Assembly (NCBI GenBank): GCA_001687465.1
Contig: LVLI01000250.1
Coordinates: 1-64,000 of the forward strand
Source of the DNA: Halocafeteria seosinensis
Taxonomy: Eukaryota
Direction: 5' to 3'
Length of the DNA: 64,000 nucleotides
How positions within the stretch are numbered: position 1 is the first letter of the stretch; each line of letters begins with the position of its first letter. Below the pieces are notes generated by a model that was given only the letters and a program-made list of their open reading frames with translations, did no database searches and had not been told where the DNA came from. Below are positions 1-13,149 of this stretch, piece after piece. The translations under genes and the position numbers were made by a program.

Positions 1-430
1 GAGCAGTGTCATGATGCATCTTAAAGAGCTCTTTTTTGATTCGAGAGGGGGGAACATCCCACTCATCCATAGTCACATCCTCTGATTCCCCAAAAGGTTC
101 CATGGGTTCGGGATTCATATCTCGTAGCTGTTTCCTGACAGACGGCTTATCCGGTGCCATTCCCCACGAGGTAAGCTCATTCGACGCCTTACGAATAGAG
201 CCACCCTCAAGTTCAGCCTGAGCAGATTGTCCTGTTATAGTGGACGTATCTGTCACTCAACCTTCTGCGGTGAGTACCCAACAAAACCTTCGTACTGCCG
301 CAGCTACTCGAGTGGTGGAACGGATGAAAGTTCATATAAATATGGGGCAGTCTGTCAAGAACTTGGAAAGAAGTTAATCCTCTTTGCGTTTCTATCGGGA
401 TTGGCTGCGATGGTATGTTTCTGGTAGTTC
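1..430 (+). mobile_element. Degenerate fragment of a restriction-like-endonuclease (RLE) type non-LTR retrotransposon (CRE/R2-like C-terminus)
   Basis: Translation across frameshifts and one stop gives CHDA/LKELF ... VIVDVSVTQPS ... AAATRVVERMK/KYGAVCQELGKKLILFAF. This follows the RH(D/N)...D-V-T/S-V-x-P...E-x-x-K-x-x-K-Y...C...G...F-x-P-x-A pattern of RLE domains. Removing 2 nt in catataaatat restores ERMKVHKYG. Confidence 0.55.
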
Positions 431-885
431 AGTAGTTGCGCATATACAGTTTCATCCTTACAGTGCATCCTATTGTATATATTCCTGTATGAAGAATCGC
501 ATCAACCAACCATAGTTCGTACTCTAAGAGAGAGCTCGTAAAAATTTCCACTTGAGTACAAAATGCCTCACTTGTTCTTTCATGGTGTGAGGGGTGGCAA
601 CTCCGTAAAACTCGCAGGCTCGCTACAGTTTGGTAACCGAGTGTAGCGGCCGCTTTAAACTTCAGCGGCTTCCTTTGGTGTGCGGACTTCAACTTCAACT
701 TGTCACGACTTACTTGCACAGTTCCTTCCTTTTTGCCTTCAAAGACTAATTTTACACACGCATTGATAAGTTTTGCCAAATGCTGTAGGTACTTGTACAC
801 AAAGGAACTTGTTTGCGTTGCTTAGAATCAATATTCTGGGGCCCAGACGTGCTGGCGAGAACAAGTCTTCAACAACCGAAGAATC

Positions 886-3146
886 ATGCAATCGACGTGG
901 AACAGAGACATTAATCCTGCTACGGCAGAAGGACAGGTCCCACCGGTGTATTTGCCTCCCGAAGCGCGTGGAGAGGAGGAAGCTCCGTTGATAGTGACTA
1001 TCCCCGAGGATGCGAACAGCCCCAGTACTAGCGGCACAACCTCCCAGGAGAAAACGCCCTCGGAGAACCTCCAGCGCTCCCAAACCACCCCCGTTGCCCC
1101 TTCGGAAGGAAATGACCGCTATGGCCAGTCCAATGGCTCTAACACACCTTATCGGAAGGCCAAGGACGGGTCTACACCGATCTCCCGCTCCCAGTCCACT
1201 AACGTAGGATGTCCATGCAGCACCATCCGGGAGCAAGATACGGAGAATGAAGACCAACAAGCCGAGCAACGCGAACAGGAAATGAAACGTCAGTTTACGA
1301 GAATGGACACTGGAAAACTAGAAAATGTGCTTAATGAAGACGCCTGGAAAAACAGCCGCTCCTTCCAAATTACCAGTGAAGAGCGTGTCGGCCCTCAAGG
1401 GATTGTCTTCCGAGACGCCCCCAACTGTAGCGAAGAGGAGACCGTAGGCGCCAGGAACTGTATTCCATTGGATCGAATTGGATCAGGTGCAAGTGGGATG
1501 GTTGTTAAGGTATGTGAAATTTTTGCTTTGCGTATACTTCTTATTCTTGACTTCTTGTTGTGGGGCCGATTTCTCAGTCTGTTCACGCGGACACGTTCAC
1601 CCTTCTTGCAATCAAGTCCATCGTGTTGAAGCCGTAAGTGAGCACCAGACAGGCTGGAGATGTGCTGTAGTCGTGATTACTGTCGTTTGAATAATGTTCT
1701 GCAGGAAGGAGATACGAGGCGAGTTCAGAACATTGATGAAAAACTTTGCTCGTATCTACCGACCCACCGCAGAAGTCCCAGAGGACTGCGTGCGAATCCC
1801 GGAGGTGCCACCGTGCCCGTTTATTGTTGGCTTCTATGGGGCATTTACTGATAATGACCGAACCCTCAATCTAGCCATGGAGTATATGGACAAGGGAAAC
1901 CTAACTGTATGTGGTATCAAATTTTTGTGTGATGATGCTCACACGACAATGTGACAGGAAACGCTTTGCAGCAAGAAGTTAAGAGAAGAGGGCCTTTCTC
2001 AGAATCGCGCATAGCGGCAGTTGCGTACCCGATTTTAAGAGGGTTACTGTTCTTACACGAGAACAACATTTACCACAGGTTCGTTTCGTTTGTTGTTTCC
2101 TTGTTTCCTTGGTTGTTATACTGTTAACTTCCGCAGAGATCTTAAACCTGAAAATGTTCTACTGAATTCTGATGGCGAAGTTAAGTTAGTCGACTTCGGT
2201 ATCGCGAGGTAAGAAAGGATGCTGACACTCCAAACCCTTGAAGGCAGTTTGTTATCAAGGAATGTCATCGATGAACAGAGCAAATGATAGTGATCAAATG
2301 GTCCAAACCGGAGCGGGAACGCGCAAGTACATGTCACCGGAACGGCTTCACGGGTATCCCTATGATTCCTCGTGTGACTTGTGGTCGTTTGGGTTGACAA
2401 TGATGTATTGCGCTCTAGGGAGATATCCATACGAAGCTTGTAAGTAACGTCAACTACCTCTGAATATTTCCAACGTCTGTATACAAGTCCCTACGATTCG
2501 CAGCCCAAGAAATCCAACTGGTTGTCGAGATTGAAAATGAAGAGGCACCAGCGCTTCCTGCAGATACGTTTTCTGAGGAGGCGAGAGACTTCATCAGCTC
2601 TTGTCTGCAAAAGGTAAAGTTAACATGTCACTGCACTATCACTAAATTGGTGTCCAGCTGGTTCGAACCCCTTCGTACAGGACCCTGCAAAGCGTCCCGC
2701 CGCCAAGGCGCTCTTGGAGCATGAGTTTTTGAGGAAGCACAGCAGTGCGAGAAATTACCAAACTAAGCTAAGAGATCATTCTGGAATGTTTTCTCGCGCA
2801 AAGGATATACCTGCCGGTTTCAAAGAAAACGTAAAAGACGTTGTGGCTCAAATCCAGGTAGGTGTCCTACGAAAGTTCTCCTCTTTATGCGATTTAAATT
2901 GAGTCATCTCCGCTCGCAGTTTTACCGTTTTTATGCCGCGAAGTCCAAGGGAAAGTCGTTGAAATCTGTAGGCATGAGGTATGTCATTTGCCGCTAAAGT
3001 TTTCTTTGAGTGAGCACAGGCATTAACATAGTTCCGCTTCATGCAGAAAAATCTCTTGGCTTGCTCGTCAATTGGGAGTTCCGGCTAGCTATCTCTTGGA
3101 AAAGTTTGAATCAACAAATCAGTCCGCCAATCAATTGCTAGCGTAA
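886..3146 (+). CDS. MAP kinase kinase (STE7 family), multi-exon, with a long low-complexity N-terminal extension
   Basis: Spliced product contains [40 protein letters not shown], activation loop SDQMVQT (S-x5-T), [11 protein letters not shown] and DLWSFGL...ALGRYPY. All joins are GT-AG and in frame; stop TAA at 3144-3146. Confidence 0.9.
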
Positions 3147-5347
3147 GTTCACTACTCTGATCGAGTTTTCGTGCATTCTGCTACTTCAATGTGCTTTGTG
3201 GACGCAGCTCTAAAGTACGAGGATCTGGTTCCCGCGCTCGCGAAGAACTGGGACGTATCCTCGAGCACGAGGCTCACCAGTAGCTGGCAGTAGGCTTCCA
3301 ACTGTGAACCTACTTCAGCAACGTTGGTAACTTGAGTGAACAATATCAGAATGTGTAAGAAAAATGAACACTGACACTCTCTTTCTGCCATCTAAACTTC
3401 ACATACCCCGGTTCGGTTGGTAGAATCCATTGAAATTGAAAACTACTTGTTTTCCGAAGCCACTCACAGTTGCGACGTGTTAGTTCCAGGCTGCAGTGTC
3501 CGTCCCTCGACGCCAGCGGTGTTCCGTGGTCAAGTGGGACCACGCTCCTCTCATTTTCCTTTGGATTCTCAATCCTCAGTGCATTTCAGAGGAATTGGCA
3601 GTTCACAGTATCTTTGCCATTCAAAGATCGACGGTCAAACCCTGACAGCACGCCGGACGAAAGAGATGAGATGGCAACGGTGCGGAAACGCGACCTCCGA
3701 GAATCGATACAAGCAGGACATGAGCCTTGTTTCCATTATTCCCTCTACAATGCCCCGGGAGTAAGAGCACGCTTCGAGATGAACTGTTCTCTTATTCACT
3801 GGAAAGATTCTGGCTACAATGCCGCTACATACATCACTTTGACAGGGAATGAGGAGTTCGATGGAATCGATGAAGAAATGACTTGGAAGGGATCTGGGGA
3901 TGGCGGGCTTCTGGGGGCTTATTGCGTTGCGAACGGAGATGTTGAGACATTTGACGAGGCTCCATTGGTTCGAAGAATCCATACGCGAGGTGGTACCTAC
4001 GGGTAATTGCTAGTCAGCAACCGTGGTACGTGAAAATCGGGTTGTAGTTCTTCAGGGATTATTCAAGGGGCAAATGGGACTGATACTGTTGAGGGTCGAT
4101 GGGGAACACAACCGAATGTCCGTGTTGTCGGTGTGGAAGCATGAAACATCTAGGCGCTCAACTTCTCGAATTTTCTATTGTACACAACTTCATTGCGATC
4201 TAGGGAGGCTGCGCTTCGCTCATGAGGTGGTATCGCATCTGTTTTAAAAACTGAGTTAACTATCGCCACGAGTGGTGCGCTGAAGTTTCAGTCTGTAACC
4301 TGCTAGGATTTAATGCTATCCATGAGTGTGTCGCCATGTCGAGCATAGAGAAACTCGGTTACATGTCTGCTGAGGATACCAAGACTTGTTTGATGGGCAT
4401 GTTTGCCAATGTCACTCTCCCGAGCACCACGTCCAACGTTGCGATTCTTATGGCCAAGAGTATTTTGCCTCAACGTTTCGTTTTCTTACGAGCTGCATCT
4501 CGCTTCTTCTGAAGCTGAGTTGGGCCCGGAGTTGCATATTCAGTGGATTACACTGAAGTGGTTGGAACCTGCGTCGGTTCTCTTGCGTCATCTTCAGTTC
4601 CGCTCTATCGAGGTCATCTATGTGACTATCATCGTCCGATTAATCTGGGTCATCTTCTGGAGAAGCTGTTAATCAAGCGATTCCCAGTAAGGCTAATGTC
4701 CTGTAGAGTTTGGTGTTGGTCCACCTGTATAGAATTCACCAAATCCTGATTCCTCAAAGTAATACCGGCACCCTGAGAGTTGTATCCCCGCGTAGGACCT
4801 CTGCTATCTTCCCTGCATCCAAGTCATCTAACCAACAAGTGTGTTAGCAACGACACGCATACTCACACTCATGCTCATAATGCTGATACACACTGCTGAT
4901 ACTGGATACTGTGGTGATTGATACTGATCATGACTGATCCTGATCCAAGTTGCCTAACCAGATGTGTACGTCGTATTAAAGAGACAATGGGCTTGCACCA
5001 ACGGTGCCAACCGAAAATGTTATCTTCAACACGATACCTTTCCTTGCCTTCATACGCGAAACTCAGCAACTTGCGTGTCTTGCAACGGGGACTTCCCACC
5101 CCCGCCCCCTACCCCTTGAAGTCGCGGGAAAAGCGCGCGTGGGTTCTCCGGATCTGCTTCATTCATCCGACTACAAGGCTTGTATAAAGTGTTGATCCTG
5201 CATACCAGATAATCTAGACTGTATACAGCTGGTACAGGACAAACAAAACGATAAAACACCAGTAGTGATCTTGATTTGGGCTGTAAAAGGTCCCGCCGTT
5301 ATAGCCAGAGCCTCCTTGTGTAGCTTGTTTGCCCTTTATACAAGAGG

Positions 5348-8300
5348 ATGGCAGCCCGCCAATTCACGAAACACTACCGGGATCCTCATCCTCACCCGTA
5401 TGCACATGTTGAGGAAGAGAGCGAAGATGCTGCAAGCATAGACGAAGGTCTACACGAACCATTTCGGAGGCCGAGGTCGAGACCCTATTACGGCAATCAA
5501 CGGAAAGATGCTCAGCATGAATGGGATATGAATAATTTGAGGTAAGCCCAGTATTTTATTTTTATCCCAGGGTGAACCGGCAAAGCGATGAAAGTACCCA
5601 GAGCCGAGGAGAAAAGGAGTTGCAAGGCTTCCTTCGTCCTTACCGGTAAAAAAACCAGCGGATCACCCTATCCTAGTTGCAAGCATTGTACATGTTGCCC
5701 GTACACGTCGTATTCGATTCCAAGGGGCGTTTATGGGTACTTTAGCCGTTGAGAGAATATGCTCTTGAGCTGATATGTGCTATGTTGGAAGCGATGTTGT
5801 TGCAACCGTGTTGTAGCAAGTGAGATATCCTCCAACCGTGACATCTCGACCACTGTTTGGCGTTTGCTTTCTGATTCACAGGCAAAAGTTGAACGATATG
5901 CTGGGTGCCGTAGGAGAGGCGGAGATGCAGATTGGACACCAAGGGTTTCCTCCTGGTGATGAGTTTGACGAAGAGGTTACAGAAGATCAAGAGGAGAATC
6001 AACCACAGCAGAGGGTGCCATCGAGATATCACATTCCGGAAATCGATCCTCAAGAACTCGACATCCAGGAAGGGGAGCTCATGCGAAAATCCAAAGGAAT
6101 GTTTCATAGATGGGAAGACAAGTATGCTGTTATCGACCTTCATACACTTACCCTGGACTTCTTTCGACGAAGGGAGGACTTTTTGAATGGAAAACGGCCG
6201 CAATCTAGTGTATTCATCAAGCACAGCGAGATTCACGAAGGCTCTAAGAAGAGGACGCACAAGAGTCAGAAGGTTGCGTTTCCGTTTATGATCCGTGATG
6301 AGGAAGGTGACGATACTGAATTAAGTGCTGCGGACGAAGAAACACAACGAGCCTGGATGAGCACTTTAGAATATATCCAAGGTGTGTGCGAGCAAGGTAA
6401 GGATTATGTGTTTATTGTTTGGGGTTTTTGGCGATTGTCACACTAAAGTGTCCTTTGCCCCCACAGATGAAATTGCACAACAAGGGGCTCAGGCACCTGA
6501 AGAATTGGCTGATGGCGAGGAAGAAGAGGAATCGGTTCTTGATGAGGAGGAAGAGGAGCGAATAAGAGATTTTGCTCAAAATCAGACGGCATGGGGAGCG
6601 GTAAGCGCATCTGTTTTTAACCTGCTTCTTTAATTAACTCAACAAGTGAGCGGTTTTGGCTTTCTATTCGGCTTGTTCATGCAGGGACTCACTGAGGCCG
6701 TACATGGTGAAACGTCAACCTTCTATATTCAGGCCAATGATGAGACTGGGGAACCTCTTGATGGCTCGTTGGATGAGGACATGCCATTTCGGGTATGTGA
6801 ACACGTACACAAAATACATGGGGTGGCGCCACCGATTCATCTCCGATTTATTGCAGATCATTCTCTCCAATGATGACCTGGAACTAGAATTGGAACCCGA
6901 AGACAATGGTGACGGCACATACTACGTGGAATACACTGCTCCTAGTGTGGGCATTTTCGAACTGCAAGTGCTGTATGGAGGAGAGCATATTTTCGGGTCC
7001 CCATTTTATCCGGAGGTCTTGCCTGCTCCAACCGCCCCGAAGCACTGCTTGGTGGAAGGAGAGGGTATGCACACAGCTCATATTGGTAAGTGTGAACGTC
7101 GTAAATGTAGGCAACTGTGGGTAGAAACCATGGAATCCCTTCGTTTGACGGCTGGACTGTGCAGGAAAAAAGAACTACTTTACAATTGTTGCCTGCGACC
7201 AGTTTGACGCTGCTCGTGGCGTTGGTGGAGATGAGTTTGAAGTCACCGTACATGGCCCGGCTGTTCCCTATGATGTTGTCGATCACGACAATGGCTGCTA
7301 CACTGTGTCTTACGAAGTTGTCCTGACAGAAGCGGACATCCGTGAAGCAAGGCATGGAAAAGCTCCTGCTATCGAAATCGAAGTAAACCTGAGGCGAGAT
7401 GATTGCTTTTATGCGAGACCCATCGCTGGATCTCCATTCACTCCGCGAATTGAGTACACTCAGGAGATTCTCGAATCGGTTATGTCTCCCGATCGCGCTC
7501 GGTATGCATCGAGGCTGAACAGTCACTCTGCGGGGACGGCAGTTACCAAGTTAGTACCGACCATTGAAAACGGGTCCATTAGAGAAGGAAACGGCAACCA
7601 GATCATGCAGCAAGAATATTCAAGCCCCAGACCGCCATTACAGAGTCAGGATGGGCTACAAAAGAAGCAAGAACCATTTTCTACCGTAGTGCCAAACCTT
7701 CAAAGCCCAATGACTGGCAACTTTCAACAAGACGCAACCCTATCGGACACTCCAAATTTTGATAGAAGCTATGAGTCGAAAGACTACTCCCCGGAAGTAT
7801 GGGAAAGAATCGCTCAGAAAAACGACTTACAACGCAGTGCTCTTGACGCTGAACGAGACGATTTAGAGAGACAAAAAGCCGAATTCGCCAAGCAACGTGC
7901 CGAGTTAGATCGCATGCGACAGCAGGTTGAGCAAGAAAGAGAATCTGTAGGACTGCATATGTCTAAGGTTTCAGAGCTGGGGAAGAAGGTGCGGGGCGAT
8001 GCACAGAAATTACGTCAGCAGCAAGACCGCTATGATCGTGATGCCGACACAGCCCCCGCTGAGGGGCAACGAAGAGTTGTTCAGGAGTCTTCCCCACAAT
8101 TTGCGCAGCCCATGCAGCAGCATGCAATGTCTCCACAGCAGTACGCCGCGAAAGGCCCGCAAGATCCTCGAAGTTTCGGCCAACATACAGCACCTCAGCA
8201 GCAACTTTCAATGCCTCATCAATACGGGTTTAGTGCGCAGCAACAGGGACCGACCAACCAGTACCAGCCGCCTCAGCAGCAAAACCAATTGCAGTCTCCC

Positions 8301-9038
8301 TACATGTCCGGAAGTCCTTCCTTTACTTCCCCGATCCAACCGGCCAATGGAGCTGTTGCTCCAGGTGTACAAAAGCAAAGCGCCGTCAGTCCTGTAGGAG
8401 ATGGTAACTTGGAACAAGAAGGCGGTACAGGAGGCAAACCGAATGGAATGATCCCAGGCTCGGGAGGCGAAGCACCAAAAGAGCTCTTTGATCCTGGTGT
8501 CACCCAACTGATCGACCAGTATAAAAAGCCGTTAGTCAAGTTGTGGTCTTATTACTCAAACAATTTCGGCGAGCTGCCAGATGATGACACCCGGGGACTT
8601 ACGATGCAAGCCTGGCTCCGTATATGTAAAGATTACATGATTACACCAACATTTATGCACCGAAGAGAGATTAAGGGAATATTCGCGGATACAGCTATGG
8701 CTCACGCCGATAGTAATGAACAGTATCGGCTGCTACGGGAAGATAAAGAAGCTGCGAACAGGGTCAAACTAAGCTTTGCCGCATTCACTGAAGCAGTAGG
8801 TAGGCTTGCAATAATTGCGTTGTCTCGTCCGGCGTTTGCCCATGTATACCCGACACCTAGAGACAAAATCGCCGTTGTACTAGATATGTGGGGATTGGGT
8901 CGACCTGAGCAGCTTTCTAAGAATAAGCGAGCTCACAAACAGCAACAGAAGAAGAAAGAAGACCAAGCTGCATCCGGCTCCGTCCCCGCCACTTCTGCTG
9001 ACCAAAGTCCTGGGATGCAAGTGTATCAAGAAGCCTGA
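5348..9038 (+). CDS. Multidomain protein: PH domain, two filamin/ABP280 Ig repeats, coiled coil, Q/P-rich linker and C-terminal EF-hand-like helical domain
   Basis: PH: EGELMRKSKGMFHRWEDKY...LSAADEETQRAWMSTL. Filamin repeats: GLTEAVHGETSTFYIQA...DNGDGTYYVEYTAP...GGEHIFGSPF and EGEGMHTA...DHDNGCYTVSY...IAGSPF. Exons join in frame. Confidence 0.8.
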
Positions 9039-9194
9039 ATTAAATGCAAATGCACAACTAATGATTCGAGTCCTTTCACCTATTTGCCTGAAATATTTGT
9101 AACGAGTACGATCAGAATCAGTATATTATAATCCAAAGAGACTATTGGTACCCCTACGATATGGTTGTACAATGTACCACTAAGCAGGTGCACC

Positions 9195-10077
<883 letters not shown>

Positions 10078-11390
10078 TGTGTCTGGGATTTCAGAGGATT
10101 ACTCAAAGAATCAAATACACTGCGTCTTCTCAACGTAAAGACAGTCTTCCTTGTCTTTTTTCTGGAGTCTGATCAGCCCTGATGCATGTGAACAAACACC
10201 GATATCGTAGAGGTGGCTTGCCTCAAAGGGAAGCTTGGACTACTTCAACCAAGCCGGAGTTCGGACCGAAATTTCGGTCAGCGGTCCGAACTTAATTACG
10301 TAAGAATCAACGCTACAAGTAGCCTTGTCTGTCTTCACGGTGCATGGATGTAGTCGTGGTCCATTTGAGTATTCAGCCGGTAGCCCATAACTTATACACT
10401 CTACTACCATAAATAATACACACTACAATTGTACTACAGTACTGCGAGTCCGAGGTTGAGGACATGGCACATTAAAAACTGTGATAAAACTCACGACACC
10501 CACGCATTGGCGCTCGAGAAGCCCTGTATCAGACTCGAACAATTTTCGGAAGAAAGTGTATCCGTGTGTGGATTGCGTGGGCATAACATTATTTATTGTG
10601 CTGATTCATACATATGGTTGGGGAAGTGACTCCGTCGAAAAAGAAAGTCGTTTAACTTGGACTGAAACTTTCTCCAACACGTGTTGGAATCAGGAGGAAG
10701 TTACAACCATTGCACACTAAAAATGAGCGCTCTTGCGTCCAGCAATGACGGCGCAGGTGCACCCATGGACGTTCAGGGATCTACTCTTGGAAATTGTCAA
10801 CGACGAAAGGGACAAGGAATGGAGCCTATGGGTGTATGGACGTTCAAGGATCGACTCTTGGGAATCCTTAGCGACGAGGATGGCATGGTAGATCGCTTCA
10901 TCCAGAGAGTAGCTGACGCTATTCACAGTTTGACGCAGTTTTGGTTATGTAAGCCGGCTAAGGCATTTGTAATACATGTGTACTTGTTATACTTTGGCGC
11001 GACCTGAAGAGAACTTAATGGCGGTAATAATACTTTGCCCTTTCAGAAATAGTCCACCATATGCTGTGTGGTGACACTCCTTAGTTTGCGTAGTTTGAAA
11101 TTTACGCTTTCTCACCTGATTCCGTAAATGACACCTGGGCAAAAACAGTGGGCGCCAGCGCAACCAATGCGGCAACAATGAAAACCAAACAAACCAGTAT
11201 AAACCCACCAGAGAGACTCGTCGGTGTCCATGACTGGACGTCAATACAGCGCGGTTGTACCAACAACTTGGATGCCGATTTAACCCCTTCCCATCTCGTG
11301 GGCATCAAGTTGCCAAACCATGAACTCCCCAAACATTGATAAGCAGTACGTATCCATAAACTCACGCGCTGGTCTTACAATGATTGGTAC

Positions 11391-11410
11391 ATACGATACG
11401 ATACGATACA
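11391..11410. repeat. Short pentanucleotide microsatellite (ATACG)3-ATACA
   Basis: atacgatacgatacgataca is seen directly. Confidence 0.8.
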
Positions 11411-11613
11411 ACCATCTTTTCCCCTGTATACGACAACAGTCATAACTTCAAAGCCATTTGAAATCTCATCGAGCTTAATTTGAATTGTTTTGATGGACCT
11501 CACCCCACCCCGGAGACAGAGGCAGTAACGACTCCCCACATAAGTATAATAAGCATTGTCGTTTCGAGAGTTCATTTGCGTGCATATTGGGATAAGCTCA
11601 ACAGACAAAGACA

Positions 11614-12958
11614 ATGAGTAGCGCATCCCCCAGTCGACGGCGCACTCGCCGTCCTCCAGGCCGATTAGCTGAGCCTTCCGATACAGACGAGGAGGGGGGG
11701 AACCCTCATGATCATGAGGGTGAAGAAGAAGCCGAGTTTGACGAGCAGGAGGAGGAGGGGGGAGAAGAAGAGCATACATCTAGCACACCTGCAACGCGGC
11801 GCAACGGCGGCAAGACGGCTACGCAGCGCAAGAAAACACCAGCTACAGCTACCAAGAAGAGGTCCAGAAAGTCCAGTCCTGCCACTGCAAGCAAGAAAAA
11901 GAGTACCAAAGCTGCAAAGACGAAGGCGTCGAAAAAGAACCAGCCATCTAGTGGCTCAGAGGAAGAGGAGGAGGAGCAGGACGAAGAGGCGATGGAGAAT
12001 GAAGCAGCTGCCTTTTTGGAAGAAGATGATGAGCAAGAGGATAATGAAGGTCTTTATGATGACGAAAATAATCCATTACCGACGTCGTATCACAAATTGT
12101 TTCACTTTACTCTGGTACGTGCCTCTGTACTCTGGCAGTGTCTATCACCCTGTTCATCGTGGTTTTATTTGAATTACTCGTCAGGCGCAACGGGCTCCAG
12201 CTTATGACACACTGCTCAACATGATTCGGAAAGACCCCTTTTTTGAAATTAACGAAGATACAGGAGAGAATTTAGTGAGATATAAATGCCGAAAAGCTCT
12301 TAATAAGTGGATTCGCGCCATGAACCGAGCTCTGGAACCCGCGGGGTTGGAGTTGACGCCAGTCGAAGATCCAGACATAGAGGATCGCAAACACATTGCC
12401 TTGAGGAATCTGGTACGCGATCCACCCGCCACGGCACCTATTGTACAAAATCGTTTAATTATATATATTTTGGTTCTCCTGCAGCTGATCGATGACCTAG
12501 CATGGGATGCTAAAGGCGCACGCAACACTGGATTCGATACGAAGTAAGCGCAGATCTGGCGCAAGTTGATTCATCTCCGGAACAATGCTTTGCACTATAA
12601 TTTGTTTGGATTTTCAGGGAATTGAGGGCCTTGAAGGAGTTGCTTAACGAAATAAGAGAAAGGTACTTCGAAATCGAGATTTGAGGCCGAGACTGCGTTG
12701 CTAAACCTATTTGTTCTGTGACCTGACAGCGATGACTACCTGGTCAATTCAAAGCAGGCGGAAAAACTTGTGAAGAAGGAGTGCCCTGATCCTAAGAAAA
12801 CGCTTAGGCGTTTTTGCGAGGAAGGCTGGATCAAGGTAAGTGTAATTACATAACGGTTTTACTTCCGCACGTAATGACAGCCTGTATTGCAGGACGAGGA
12901 AGGCAAGTACGGATGGGGCATTCGAGCACAAGCCAGTGGTATAGCAACTATAGAGTAA
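11614..12958 (+). CDS. Nse1-like (SMC5/6 kite subunit) winged-helix protein with acidic/Lys-rich N-terminal tail; no RING detected
   Basis: Six in-frame exons give ...WIRAMNRALEPAGLEL...IALRNL/LIDDLA...GFDTKELRALKELLNEI...LRRFCEEGWIKDEEGKYGWGIRAQ. This resembles the Nse1 pattern (I-x-x-IN-x-x-L-x-P...LVN...EL-x-x-F-x-x-L...L-x-x-F-x-x-x-x-W...Y-x-L-x-x-R). Stop TAA at 12956-12958. Confidence 0.55.
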
Positions 12959-13149
12959 ATGTAGCTGTTTTCATTCGTTTGGGAGCCTACGGCCTTACCG
13001 GCGTGTCGCTATCGCAAATATCCAGTACTAACCACATACTAGAAGTGAAGCGTACATGCAGATTTGCCGATGCTCTTAAATGGAACAGTGCTTCGGTGAC
13101 AGTGATTCTACTGTTTCCAAAGCTACTCCTACAATACCATCAACCTACT

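Noticed and set aside
2655..2675. tRNA T-loop-like GGTTCGAACCC
   Set aside because: It lies inside a short MAP2K intron with no cloverleaf or A-box.
3470..4006. 178-aa plus-strand ORF
   Set aside because: No ATG at the annotated start and no recognisable motif. The composition is consistent with an antisense shadow, so it is not called as a gene.
5570..5670. Possible TPP riboswitch or RNase MRP RNA in the long intron (GGTAAAAAAACCAGCG; GAAAGTACCC)
   Set aside because: The TPP UGAGA motif is missing, and the 5' region is too short for MRP P1-P3. Only generic structure is reported.
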